This document shows, piece after piece, positions 39,551 through 49,441 of a DNA stretch of 52,223 nt. Both the position numbers and the translations under genes were made by a program. The notes below the pieces were generated by a model. It was given only the letters and a program-made list of their open reading frames with translations, did not search any database and was not told the DNA's origin. The first letter of the stretch is position 1. Each line of letters begins with the position of its first letter. Origin of the DNA: Clostridiales bacterium (GTDB lineage Bacteria; Bacillota; Clostridia; Peptostreptococcales; Anaerovoracaceae); NCBI GenBank assembly GCA_012838265.1, contig DUPP01000110.1, forward strand, positions 1 through 52,223. The letters run 5' to 3'.

Positions 39551-40759
39551 CTACTTACTGTCGTATGCCAGATCTTTTGCCTTTACTATTTCTGTAATTC
39601 TCACACTGTAATTGTCATCCACCACGACTACATCGCCTTTTGCTATCAATTTTCCATTTGCCACCACATCCACCCGGTCTCCAGCTTGCCGGTCTAATTC
39701 AACAATGTTTCCAACGGTAAGATCTGCAATATCCTTGATCTTCTTCTTTGTCTTGCCAAGTTCAACTGTAATCTGGATTGGAACAGACATAATCAACTCT
39801 AGGTTGTTCTCATTCATATCTATTTCAGCTTCCTTTTTGCTTTCTAAAGGTTTAAATTCATATGGTACTGCATAAACTTGTTCCTTTGAAGCCTGTGTCG
39901 CAGAAGGAGTTACAGGAGGAGAAGGAGTTACAGGAGGAGAAGGAGTTACAGCAGCAGTTTTTACATCTGCCGTCTGTGGCTCCGATTCAAATATGGCATG
40001 CAAGTCATTAAAGTCTTTTTGATCTTTATGGCCTGTTTGGTCTGTTTGTTCTATTGATTCTGTTTGTTCTTTTAACCCTTTTAGTTCAAGGTGTTCCAGT
40101 GGTACTTCTTCTGAGAGGATATCGTTCATAGCCTCTTCTTTCGGCGACATATCACTTGCGCCAAAAGACATTGCAACGATTTCTTTTGCTAACTTAAGCT
40201 GCATCAAGCTTATAAACTCACTTTCAATAAGACCATCAATGCTAAGATTAAATTCAATAGCTACTAAAGAATCTTCAGATTCTCCATTTTGTAAAAAAAG
40301 TTCTTTTATTTTTTCTGTTGTATCCAGAATCTCTGGAGGTGAAATGTTAATGGCCTTGCCAAGGAAGGATGCCAATGCACTTGAGGAAGATCCCATCATT
40401 TGGTTCATGATCTCACATATGACGCTCATACCGATTTCGTCAAGTTCTACTATCTCAGAGGATTCATACGAAAGCAGATGTCCAAGTATCTTTTTTAAGT
40501 CGCTTTCTTTCAAAAGGAGGATATTTGTTCCTTCAACCCCCTGAATATAATGGATCAACACACCAATCATATTATCCATTTGAGTAAATTCGAATTCACC
40601 GACTAATTGCGTTTTGATCCTGGGTGTAGTAATACTTACTTTTTTATCCAGTATGGTTGACATCGCTGTGGCACCAGCTCCCATGCTGATATTCATCACT
40701 TCACCGATAACGTCAGTCTCCATTTCTGTCAATACTTGCAGATTATCTAAATTGCTCAT
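39551..40759 (-). CDS. fliY: Flagellar motor switch phosphatase FliY (CheC-like + FliN domain)
   Basis: GEVMNI and CEIMNQMMGSS CheC motifs; C-terminal FliN (VPIQITVELG, IAKGDVVVVDDNYSVRI). Confidence 0.92.
   Translation of the reverse strand: MSNLDNLQVLTEMETDVIGEVMNISMGAGATAMSTILDKKVSITTPRIKTQLVGEFEFTQMDNMIGVLIHYIQGVEGTNILLLKESDLKKILGHLLSYESSEIVELDEIGMSVICEIMNQMMGSSSSALASFLGKAINISPPEILDTTEKIKELFLQNGESEDSLVAIEFNLSIDGLIESEFISLMQLKLAKEIVAMSFGASDMSPKEEAMNDILSEEVPLEHLELKGLKEQTESIEQTDQTGHKDQKDFNDLHAIFESEPQTADVKTAAVTPSPPVTPSPPVTPSATQASKEQVYAVPYEFKPLESKKEAEIDMNENNLELIMSVPIQITVELGKTKKKIKDIADLTVGNIVELDRQAGDRVDVVANGKLIAKGDVVVVDDNYSVRITEIVKAKDLAYDSK
39902..39951. repeat. 18-bp in-frame tandem repeat in the fliY linker (VTPSPP x2.7)
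   Basis: AGAAGGAGTTACAGGAGG x2 plus AGAAGGAGTTACAG. Confidence 0.9.
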
Positions 40760-41772
40760 CCCGTCAGGTCACTTCCTCTCTTTACAGTTTCTCTAATTGC
40801 TATGGCCTTTTTTCTATTGTGCATTCCCATTTCACCTCGAAACCAGACTGTATCACCTACCGCCAGTTCAACCAGTGAGTTCTCAGGCTTGTTCAGCTTT
40901 ATGATGTCCCCAACCTCCAAATCAATCAGCTCTCTCGACATGACTTCAATGGTTCCCAAAATGCCGGTCACCTCAAGCTCCGATTGGCTGATCTGTTTTA
41001 AAATGTCCTCTCTACGCTGCGCATCTGACAGTGGGTCTCCTCTGCGCTCCTTTTTCTTAATTAGAGCATTCTTTATCTTAAAAATTGTGTCCAGGGTTAC
41101 AGCCGGAATGCAGAGATTAAGAATACCTTGGGTATCGTTAACTTTAATATTCATAACAACTATCACGACATTTTCATCAGCACCTATCCCCTGTAAGATT
41201 CTTGCGTTTGTATCGAGCTTAATGAGCCTAGGGCTTACTTCCAGATAGTCGTTCCATATGTTTTTCATAAGATTGACCATCCCTTTCATCATGTGTTCCA
41301 GAATCCCAAGCTCAATTTCCGTAAATTCTCTGTCTGATTCCAGCGGTGTACCCGAACCACCCAGCAGTCTGTCTATACTGCAAAAGCAAATATCCTTTGA
41401 CATATCCAGCATCATCAGATTCTCTTCATCGTTATCTTTGATTGATAAATCTATTGTGCCGATAAGCACCGAGTCAGGCAGTGCATTATTGAATTCATAG
41501 TATTGCTGCTCCTCAACTTCGATAATTTCTACCAAGGTATAAGACTGAAGGACACTAGTAATGTGAGAAGATAAAATTCTAGCATAGTTTTCATATATGC
41601 TGTAAAGCAGCTTCAGTTGTTCCCTCGTAAACAGCTTAGGATTTCTGAAGTCATACTCCTTAACTTTTTTGTCTTTTTTCTTTTCTGTTATATCTGTCTT
41701 TATGTCCTTGTTTCCGCTTGTCAAACTATTCAGTAGGTTATCTATTTGACTTTGTGAAAGAATCTCGCTCAT
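40756..41772 (-). CDS. fliM: Flagellar motor switch protein FliM
   Basis: ILSQSQIDNLL CheY-binding peptide, YDFRNP, REFTEIE, SpoA domain. Confidence 0.95.
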   Translation of the reverse strand: MSEILSQSQIDNLLNSLTSGNKDIKTDITEKKKDKKVKEYDFRNPKLFTREQLKLLYSIYENYARILSSHITSVLQSYTLVEIIEVEEQQYYEFNNALPDSVLIGTIDLSIKDNDEENLMMLDMSKDICFCSIDRLLGGSGTPLESDREFTEIELGILEHMMKGMVNLMKNIWNDYLEVSPRLIKLDTNARILQGIGADENVVIVVMNIKVNDTQGILNLCIPAVTLDTIFKIKNALIKKKERRGDPLSDAQRREDILKQISQSELEVTGILGTIEVMSRELIDLEVGDIIKLNKPENSLVELAVGDTVWFRGEMGMHNRKKAIAIRETVKRGSDLTG

Positions 41773-41833
41773 AATGCAGCCTCCTGCTCGTTGCCTTTAT
41801 TTTTCGGTTTGAAAAAAGTTTATTATCTACTTG

Positions 41834-42028
41834 TCATCTGCTATAGATGCTGCGTTTATATTCCACAACCTTTGCTACCACCTCCGCAGAGCATTCTGCT
41901 ACTACAAAATGTTTTCCATTTACGAGATGAATTGTCGTATCTGGCCTTTCTTCGATAGTCTCGATAAGCTCGCAATTCAGTATAAAGGTATCATTGTTGC
42001 TGCGATTTAATTTAGTAAGTTTTATCAT
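41834..42028 (-). CDS. flbD: Flagellar FlbD/SwrD family protein
   Basis: MIKLTKLN...FILNCELIETIEERPDTTIHLVNGK. Confidence 0.92.
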   Translation of the reverse strand: MIKLTKLNRSNNDTFILNCELIETIEERPDTTIHLVNGKHFVVAECSAEVVAKVVEYKRSIYSR

Positions 42029-42052
42029 ATATTTGTCTCTCCCTAAATTACT

Positions 42053-43552
42053 TTATCTCTTCATGCTGACCAGTTCTGACAGCATCTCATCCGAAACGGT
42101 TATCATTCTTGTATTTGCTTGAAAACCTCTTTGAGTAATTATCATTTCAGTAAACTCTCTTGACAGATCTACATTAGACATTTCTAAAGCGCCTGCACGA
42201 AAAGAACCTGTACCTCCGCTGCCAGGTATAGTTGCGACTGCCTGACCAGAATTTGTTGTTTCTATGTAGTAGCCTTCTCCATTCTGAGACAATCCGTCAG
42301 GGTTGATAAATTTAACAACTGCAATATTAGCAATTTTTTCGGGTTTCCCTGGCCCCGGACCAACGGTTCCAATAGTAACATTCGTAAAGCCTGAGTCCAA
42401 TGCTTCCTGAAATTTTGAGGAATCCAACTCTATACTAATGTCTCCAAGTGTAATCGATGGATCTGAACCGTTCCATTTGGTATTCAAAGTAACATTCGAT
42501 CCTGACTTATCCGTAGTTATCAACTCGATATCATAGGAAATCGGAGTATCAAGCGTTCCAATTACTTCTGCCGGAGCTCCATCTACGAAATTGTATCCCA
42601 GCGTATTATCCGTTGGGTGGATCGGAATTCTCACTATGCCGCTGGTTCCTCCGTCCAAATCATCAATCCCATTAAAGGTTACAGTATTAGTTGCAGGATC
42701 CAGAGTGCCTGTTACGGTTCGTACTATTGCTCCATTCATATAATTTAGGATGTAAGGCGGATTGCTAGTAGAATCGTAAGCTACGGTTATTTCGTCTGGA
42801 GCCCCATTAATAGCAGCGTTTGAGCTAATAAACACCGCATCCTTCGGTCCGGTATAAAGAGATGATGATGTAAAGCTCCTACTTATGGTCATATTTAAAG
42901 TTCCATTATATAAAGAAGTACTGGATACCGTTGGAGTTCCATTTATCCAACCAGTATTAGAGGAGGGAATAAATGTAGGATCCCCTTCCTTTATAGCTGT
43001 TACTTCGCCATTCTGTCCTATTGCTATTCCTGTATATTTATCCAAGTCATTTGGATCAACTTTGATAGCAATAAGATTTTGCGGAGATGCGGTTCCATCT
43101 GAATTAAGCTGGGCTTTCTTTGTGTTGCTATCCAGCTTGAACCCCAAAACCTGATTTCCATTAGAGTCAACAAGATTTCCGGCAACATCAAAGCTTAAAA
43201 CGCCTACTCTTGTATAGCTGATTGCACCATCGCTGTTTTTAACTGGCAGATAACCATCTCCATTGATATACACATCCAGAGCACGATCGGTAGTTGCACT
43301 GCCTGCACGTGTATTAATCACGTCTATAGAGTTGACCTTAGCACCATATCCTAACTGTGTTGGGTTAGTCCCTCCTTTATTTGTGGAAGGTGATGATGCT
43401 GAACCCATAGTTTGATAAAAAACATCCGAAAAGGTCACGCGGCTTGCCTTGAAACCATAAGTATTGACGTTGGCAATATTGTTTCCGATTACATTCATCT
43501 TTGTCTGATGTGCTGACAGTCCTGAGACTGCAGAATACATTGATCCTAACAT
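42053..43552 (-). CDS. flgE: Flagellar hook protein FlgE
   Basis: VIGNNIANVNTYGFKASR, GGTNPTQLG.G, ALEMSNVDLSREFTEMIITQRGFQAN. Confidence 0.95.
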   Translation of the reverse strand: MLGSMYSAVSGLSAHQTKMNVIGNNIANVNTYGFKASRVTFSDVFYQTMGSASSPSTNKGGTNPTQLGYGAKVNSIDVINTRAGSATTDRALDVYINGDGYLPVKNSDGAISYTRVGVLSFDVAGNLVDSNGNQVLGFKLDSNTKKAQLNSDGTASPQNLIAIKVDPNDLDKYTGIAIGQNGEVTAIKEGDPTFIPSSNTGWINGTPTVSSTSLYNGTLNMTISRSFTSSSLYTGPKDAVFISSNAAINGAPDEITVAYDSTSNPPYILNYMNGAIVRTVTGTLDPATNTVTFNGIDDLDGGTSGIVRIPIHPTDNTLGYNFVDGAPAEVIGTLDTPISYDIELITTDKSGSNVTLNTKWNGSDPSITLGDISIELDSSKFQEALDSGFTNVTIGTVGPGPGKPEKIANIAVVKFINPDGLSQNGEGYYIETTNSGQAVATIPGSGGTGSFRAGALEMSNVDLSREFTEMIITQRGFQANTRMITVSDEMLSELVSMKR

Positions 43553-43579
43553 TTCTCTACATCCTTTCTATGCCTTATG

Positions 43580-43634
43580 TGAGCTTCTCAGTCGCTCAAA
43601 GCCCACTATAGCTTCCTGTCGAAAGGTCCGGCTA
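43580..43634 (-). other. Two-hairpin structured leader upstream of flgE (candidate cis-regulatory RNA)
   Basis: - strand TAGC-CGGA-CCT-TTCGAC-AGG-AA-GCTA, then TGAGC-GACTGAGAA-GCTCA; GC-richer than its surroundings; no U tract. Confidence 0.4.
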
Positions 43635-44051
43635 TATGAATAAGGCTCCATCAATATTTGTAAATATATTGCTTTTCATTTCATTTTTATCTACTACAGT
43701 TATAACGACTTTATTGGGCGTGTTAATTATAAATGCTGAATTATCCATCACAATTAAAGCGTCACGTATTCCTTTTTGCTGTGCTCTATCACATGCATTA
43801 TCCAGACGATTTAAATCGCTTTCACTGATTCGGATATTTCTTGTTTCAACCCTTTGGTTTGCATGCTTTGAAAATGACACCCTTTTATTAAATTGTTCAT
43901 TCAGTATTTCCTGAAATGACCTTGTGCCATTTACCAGGTTGTCCGGATTTTTTGTTTTATCCGCAGAAGAGTTGACTCGGTCTGTCTGCCTGATAATAGT
44001 ATCTACCAGGTTGTATCGCCCACCTGAAATTTCATTCGTCATTGCTGTCAC
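43632..44051 (-). CDS. TIGR02530-family flagellar operon protein
   Basis: SFQEIL, FSKHANQRVETRNI, A.QKGIRDALIV, VITVVD...IFTNIDGA; between flgD and flgE. Confidence 0.9.
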   Translation of the reverse strand: MTAMTNEISGGRYNLVDTIIRQTDRVNSSADKTKNPDNLVNGTRSFQEILNEQFNKRVSFSKHANQRVETRNIRISESDLNRLDNACDRAQQKGIRDALIVMDNSAFIINTPNKVVITVVDKNEMKSNIFTNIDGALFI

Positions 44052-44574
44052 CTTCTAATTCTTCGGGTAACTCGTTGTCTTCATTATCGATTTCCTTAAT
44101 GCTGTCATCAGGTATGATAATATTCGGCTCTTTCACTTCCATTACGCTGCTCAATGCATAGGGCTTTCCGTCGACAACTATCTCAGCACTCCCGTTAAAT
44201 AAATTAACACTCTCAACAATCCCCTTATGGATAAATATATTACTGCTGTCGTTGCTTATTTGAGCCAGAGTCACTTCCTTTCCTATGAGACTAACGCTAT
44301 AATACGTTGAATACGCTCTGCTTAATTCGGAAAAAGAAGCTGAAAAGGTTTCACTTAAATCAGAAACTGCCTGCATCATTGAGAACTGCGCAAGCTGCGT
44401 GATATACTGTGTGTTATCCACAGTATTGAACATGTCCTGATTCGAAAGCTCCGCAACCATGAGAGAGAAAAAGTCCTGCATAGTTAAAATGTTGTTGCTT
44501 AATAAACTGTTTGAAGTGTTTGAAACACTTGTGTTTCTGACGTTTGAGTAATTGTTTGTCAGCTCTATCGTCAT
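44032..44574 (-). CDS. flgD: Flagellar hook capping protein FlgD
   Basis: QDFFSLMVAELSNQD...TQYITQLAQFS, SLIGKEV; start ATG 44574 behind GGAGG. Confidence 0.9.
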   Translation of the reverse strand: MTIELTNNYSNVRNTSVSNTSNSLLSNNILTMQDFFSLMVAELSNQDMFNTVDNTQYITQLAQFSMMQAVSDLSETFSASFSELSRAYSTYYSVSLIGKEVTLAQISNDSSNIFIHKGIVESVNLFNGSAEIVVDGKPYALSSVMEVKEPNIIIPDDSIKEIDNEDNELPEELEGDSNDE

Positions 44575-44634
44575 CTTGGTACCTCCTATTACATTCATCA
44601 GACTCTTCATAACCATAAACGGATATTCGCGTAC

Positions 44635-45795
44635 CTATATAGCATAATTAATTCTGTGCGAATCATATAGATGAGCACCAATTCCGTTTACCTCTTTGCT
44701 ATCTTGAGCCTTTGCCAGCAGTTGTTCGTGCGAACCGTCCCGCTTCCCTTCATGGAAGAAGTCTCTTTGTCGGTGTTGTTCCTGATTCTTCCTATGGAAA
44801 AATTCCATATCTGCACTCATATTATGACTATGGCTTTGATCGACCTGATTCTGCAGCATTTGCTGGCTTATCTGTATACTTTCTACTTGCACATTCCTCA
44901 GTCCCATGCTTGTAATCAGCTTGTCTACCTGTGAGGTGAGAAGAGTCTGGGTTTCAGCTTTTGCGGCCAGTATATCAATTGTCAGTTTTCCCTTAACTAT
45001 CTTCAATTTGATATTAATCTCCCCCAATGTCCTGGGTTCAAGCAACATTTTAAATTCTGTAGGACCTTTCTGTTCGAGTTTTGATATAATCAACTCGCTA
45101 ATCTGGCTGTACGGTTCTATTTTACTAGTACTTGAATTTTCTAGTGTCCATTCAGCCGCTCCACTATTTGAGCTAATGATATTAAGGGCGTGGTCTTGAG
45201 GCAACATTACAGATGGTACCTGTGTGTCTCCCTGGCTTACGTTTATCTTCACCGAATCTTCCTTTTTCAATTGAGTAGGTGTATTAAAGCTAGGCATCTC
45301 AAATTTTGAACTTTGTATACTCTTTGTTAAGCCCATTAGGACTGGTATTTCCTCTGCAGTGTCGATTCCAGATGGCTGGCAAACTTGTACTTCTCCTTTG
45401 CTGCTAAAATATTGAACTTCTTGTACTTCCTTAATGACACTATCTTTGGTCTCATCTATTGTTATATCTTTTTCCGATTTCTGCCCTACGATTTGAAGTC
45501 CGTGTGCTGAGCGTACACTATCAAATATCAGATTTGGAAAAATGTCACTTCCGATAGTCTGTTCATTAAACGATTCTATTTCATCATCGCTGACGGAAGT
45601 TAAAGTTTCATCGACAACTGGTGCAGGAAAACACCCTTCTGCCATGATACGGAAAATCATTTTCAAAAACGGTGATTCTCCGGATTCATGAGAGGATTCA
45701 ATGCCCATGCTTAGCAACCCAAATACATCTTTGCTACTTGCGTGATTGATAAAAGTTAAGGGACACATCACTTTAAAATTACTTTCTGCATTCAC
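44635..45795 (-). CDS. fliK: Flagellar hook-length control protein FliK
   Basis: C-terminal FKMLLEPRTLGEINIKL T3S4 domain; between fliJ and flgD; GTG 45795 behind GGAGGTG. Confidence 0.85.
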   Translation of the reverse strand: MNAESNFKVMCPLTFINHASSKDVFGLLSMGIESSHESGESPFLKMIFRIMAEGCFPAPVVDETLTSVSDDEIESFNEQTIGSDIFPNLIFDSVRSAHGLQIVGQKSEKDITIDETKDSVIKEVQEVQYFSSKGEVQVCQPSGIDTAEEIPVLMGLTKSIQSSKFEMPSFNTPTQLKKEDSVKINVSQGDTQVPSVMLPQDHALNIISSNSGAAEWTLENSSTSKIEPYSQISELIISKLEQKGPTEFKMLLEPRTLGEINIKLKIVKGKLTIDILAAKAETQTLLTSQVDKLITSMGLRNVQVESIQISQQMLQNQVDQSHSHNMSADMEFFHRKNQEQHRQRDFFHEGKRDGSHEQLLAKAQDSKEVNGIGAHLYDSHRINYAI

Positions 45796-45877
45796 TATTT
45801 CACCTCCTTCTAAAGTAAATTTAGGTTGATTAAGGTAACCTATAACCCTCAATTTGCTGTTTATTTATAGAAATAAA

Positions 45878-46327
45878 CTAAACAATATCTTTTAATAATC
45901 TTGCGGTTGACACAAATTCATCCAGTTGCCTTTCTGCCATTTTCAATCCTTCTTTTTTGTATTCATCTAACTTGGCAGCCTTAAGTATCTCAAGAGATTT
46001 TGTTTCAATCTTAAGTTTTTTAATTAGCGCCACTTGTTTGTCAATCTGTAAAGATGTATTTCTTATATCGTTCTCAGTTTGCTGAATCTGTTCTTTGATA
46101 TATTCATCATAAAAGGCATACAACCTGCAAGAGGCTGGAGTGGTTCTATTTAAAATCTCGCTTTCGAATTCTAACCTGTATTGTTCCCGCTCCTCCTGCA
46201 AAAGGAATAGTCTTTTCTGATGGTCAGACAGGTGACTGTTTAAAACTGCAAGAGTCATAAGTTCGCTGTCCAAGGTCTGATCCTTATAGGTTAATAGTTT
46301 TTCCAAATGAAATTCAAACTTCTTCAT
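45878..46327 (-). CDS. fliJ: Flagellar export protein FliJ
   Basis: KKFEFHLEKLL.YK, coiled coil, E..QLDE; after fliI. Confidence 0.88.
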   Translation of the reverse strand: MKKFEFHLEKLLTYKDQTLDSELMTLAVLNSHLSDHQKRLFLLQEEREQYRLEFESEILNRTTPASCRLYAFYDEYIKEQIQQTENDIRNTSLQIDKQVALIKKLKIETKSLEILKAAKLDEYKKEGLKMAERQLDEFVSTARLLKDIV

Positions 46328-47628
46328 GCAATCGCCGCCTTCATCATCTTAACGCTGCTTTCAAACGGTATCTTATCGTTGATATCCTGTCGTAAAAATT
46401 CATTTATTTTATCTATTTTTGAAATAGACTCATCCAGCAGGCTGTTTATCCCGCTTTTATACGCGCCGATGTTTATAAGGTCATAATTGGAGTTATATAC
46501 AGATAGAAGGTTTCTGAGTTTTCCTGCAGCTGAAATTTGTTCCTTATCAGCAATATCGTTCATGAGTCTGCTGATACTTCCTAAAATATCTATAGCAGGA
46601 TAGTGGTTTTGCATAGCAATTTTTCTGGATAAAATGATATGACCATCAATAATCCCTCTTACTGTATCTGCAATTGGCTCATTTACATCATCACCTTCAA
46701 CGAGAACAGTATATATTCCTGTAATTGAACCTTTATTGAAATTTCCTGTCCTTTCGAGCAATTTTGGAAGCAAAGAATAAATAGAGGGTGTATAGCCTCT
46801 TGCCACAGGAGGTTCTCCGCTTGCAAGACCAATCTCTCTTTGAGCCATTGCAAATCTTGTCAGCGAATCCATCATAAGCAGCACATCTTTGCCCATATCC
46901 TTAAAAAACTCTGCAATAGTTGTAGCTACCAAAGCACATTTCATTCTCTGCATGGGAGGCTGATCTGAGGTGGCAACTACCAGCACAGAGCGAGCCAGGC
47001 CCTCTTTTCCAAGATCCCTTTCGAGAAATTCCCTAACCTCTCTTCCCCTCTCCCCTACTAATGCGATGACATTTACATCGGCTTTTACGTTTCGAGCAAT
47101 CATGCCCATTAGCGTGCTTTTTCCAACTCCGCTTCCCGAAAAAATCCCCATCCTCTGTCCCTTGCCTATAGTGAGAAGACCATCTATGGCTTTTATTCCG
47201 AACTCAAGTACTTCATTGATCCTCGGTCTTGACAATGGATTTGAGCTTACGCTTTGTACTACATATCTGGTTTTGCTTTCAATCGGACCGGCACCATCTA
47301 TAGGTTCACCCATTGCATTGATTACCCTTCCGATGAGCGCTTCTGATACGCCAATTTTTAATGCAGAGTCGGTAGCCTCAACAAGATTGCCAGAGCTGAT
47401 TCCTTCCGGTTCTTCATATGGCATAAGCAAAACTTTATTACCTCTGAATCCGATAACCTCTGCGCTTACGTATTTCTTACTGCCATATCCGTATATCTTA
47501 CATAAATCACCAACTTTACATTCAGGTCCATTAGATTCGACCATCATACCTATAACTTTGTCAATCTTCCCAAAATATGAGTACGAATCCGCATTCTTTA
47601 TCAGACTGCAATACTTCTCTGCATCCAT
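46324..47628 (-). CDS. fliI: Flagellar export ATPase FliI
   Basis: GIFSGSGVGKST, VGERGREV, MDSLTRFAMAQREIGLASGEPP. Confidence 0.96.
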   Translation of the reverse strand: MDAEKYCSLIKNADSYSYFGKIDKVIGMMVESNGPECKVGDLCKIYGYGSKKYVSAEVIGFRGNKVLLMPYEEPEGISSGNLVEATDSALKIGVSEALIGRVINAMGEPIDGAGPIESKTRYVVQSVSSNPLSRPRINEVLEFGIKAIDGLLTIGKGQRMGIFSGSGVGKSTLMGMIARNVKADVNVIALVGERGREVREFLERDLGKEGLARSVLVVATSDQPPMQRMKCALVATTIAEFFKDMGKDVLLMMDSLTRFAMAQREIGLASGEPPVARGYTPSIYSLLPKLLERTGNFNKGSITGIYTVLVEGDDVNEPIADTVRGIIDGHIILSRKIAMQNHYPAIDILGSISRLMNDIADKEQISAAGKLRNLLSVYNSNYDLINIGAYKSGINSLLDESISKIDKINEFLRQDINDKIPFESSVKMMKAAIA

Positions 47629-47651
47629 TGTTATCGATACTCCTCTCGCTC

Positions 47652-48410
47652 TTAAGCGTCAGGCTGCATGACTACTACTCTTTTTAGCTGTTCAAGCTGT
47701 GTTGGAACACTCATATCTACAATTCCGCTTTCGTTTTCTGCCATTATCAGATCTTCTTCCTTAAGCAAAACCAGCTTTGTATCACCGAGCATGCTTCTGA
47801 TCTTCTTTGCCATATCTTTATCAATCCTTATATCCAAACATTTTTGGTATTCAGATAAGTAAATCTTCATTATGCCTTCGTTTTCACGAATTATTTCATC
47901 CAACATATTCAGAAATGCGCCTTCATCCGTATGGACATGATGTTTCATAATTTTTTTAGCAAGTTCAAAAGCTATGTCGATTAGATGTTTTCCCTCACGC
48001 TTTTTCAACTCTAACTGCTCCGATCTGAAACAATCTATCAGCTGTTTCAATTCCAGCAAGCTTTCTTCTGCTGCTTTTTCAGATGCTAAAGCTCCATCCG
48101 CTAGTCCGCGGCGATAACCATCATCATATCCTTTCTTCTCTGCTGTGCTAATAATTTCTCGGCTGTCGCTTATCGCATTATTAATAATAGCTTCTGCTCT
48201 AAGCTCTGCATCGTTCTCAATATGTTTAGCCTTTTTTAACGCTTGCTTAATAATGGTTTCTTTTTTCTCGAGCCATTCACTTATGTCTTGGTTTCTTTCC
48301 GTTTGTACTGCTTGTATTGCCAACTGTACTTCCTTTAAATGCTTTGCATTATCCTTTTTCGGTAAATTGACAAGCTGCCTTGCCTTAACAATACTAGACA
48401 ATGAGATCAT
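47652..48410 (-). CDS. fliH: Flagellar assembly protein FliH
   Basis: AEKKGYDDGYRRGLADG GxxxG repeats; between fliG and fliI. Confidence 0.88.
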   Translation of the reverse strand: MISLSSIVKARQLVNLPKKDNAKHLKEVQLAIQAVQTERNQDISEWLEKKETIIKQALKKAKHIENDAELRAEAIINNAISDSREIISTAEKKGYDDGYRRGLADGALASEKAAEESLLELKQLIDCFRSEQLELKKREGKHLIDIAFELAKKIMKHHVHTDEGAFLNMLDEIIRENEGIMKIYLSEYQKCLDIRIDKDMAKKIRSMLGDTKLVLLKEEDLIMAENESGIVDMSVPTQLEQLKRVVVMQPDA

Positions 48411-49407
48411 CCTTTCCGCCTTTGGCTATGGTGATTTCACCTTCATCTTCAAGTCGCCGAATGATTGCGACTATTTTCTGCTGAGCATCTTCAACATCTC
48501 TGACCCTGACATTATGTAGAAATTCAATTTCTTCTCGAACTGTATCTCCCATACGCTGGGACATGTTTTCGAAGATGATATTTGCTACATCCTTATTAGC
48601 CCCTTTAAGCGCAATTGCCAATTCTTTTGTGTCCACTTCTCTGAGGAATCTTTGAATTGCAAAATTATCCAGGATAATAATATCTTCGAATACAAACATT
48701 CTCTTCCTTATTTCTTCTGAAAGCTTTGGGTCCTTCCTGTTTAATTCATCGAAGATGAATTTCTCAGTTCCTCTGTCTATGTTGTTCATGATTTCAGCTA
48801 TATAATTAATCCCGCCAACCTCCAACAGGTCAACAGATATAACTGATTCAAATTTTCTTTCTAATATTGCTTCTACTTGCTTGATTATTTCAGGAGATGT
48901 TCTATCCATACGGGCAATCCTCTCCACCACATCAACTCGGATATTTTTTGGCAATTCCGATATTATAGCTGAGGCCTGATCAGCTCTGGCGTAGGAAAGA
49001 ATCAATGCTATAGTCTGCGGATGTTCATTTATAATCATATTCATCAGATTCTTATAATCCGCTTTGCGAATAAATTCAAATGCCTTAGTTCTTAATGTCT
49101 TTGTCACTCGCTCCAGCAAAGCCATACCTTGCTGAACTCCGAAGGCTTTTTCGAGTACATTTTTCGCATAAGTAATGCCCCCTTCAAGATAAACCTTCTG
49201 TGCAACACAAAGACCATAAAACTCGTCCATAGCCTGATCAGAAAACTCGGGCGGCACACTTTCCTGCCGTGTAATCTCATATGTCAGCTTTTCAATTTCT
49301 TCCTCCTGAAGATGCTTATATATTGTTGATGCAACATCTGCTCCAAGGCTTATAATTACTTGAGCTGCCTTCTGCCTGGGGGATAATGGTTTTGACAGTT
49401 CAATCAT
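48394..49407 (-). CDS. fliG: Flagellar motor switch protein FliG
   Basis: QKAA..IISLG, EHPQTIALILS, MFVFEDI, NMSQR. Confidence 0.96.
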   Translation of the reverse strand: MIELSKPLSPRQKAAQVIISLGADVASTIYKHLQEEEIEKLTYEITRQESVPPEFSDQAMDEFYGLCVAQKVYLEGGITYAKNVLEKAFGVQQGMALLERVTKTLRTKAFEFIRKADYKNLMNMIINEHPQTIALILSYARADQASAIISELPKNIRVDVVERIARMDRTSPEIIKQVEAILERKFESVISVDLLEVGGINYIAEIMNNIDRGTEKFIFDELNRKDPKLSEEIRKRMFVFEDIIILDNFAIQRFLREVDTKELAIALKGANKDVANIIFENMSQRMGDTVREEIEFLHNVRVRDVEDAQQKIVAIIRRLEDEGEITIAKGGKDDLIV

Positions 49408-49441
49408 TAGCGTTATACCTCTTTCTAAATTCTAGTCCTTA

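Noticed and set aside
46970-47671. 233-aa + strand ORF
   Set aside because: Antisense shadow of conserved fliI; same for the other nested antisense ORFs in the track
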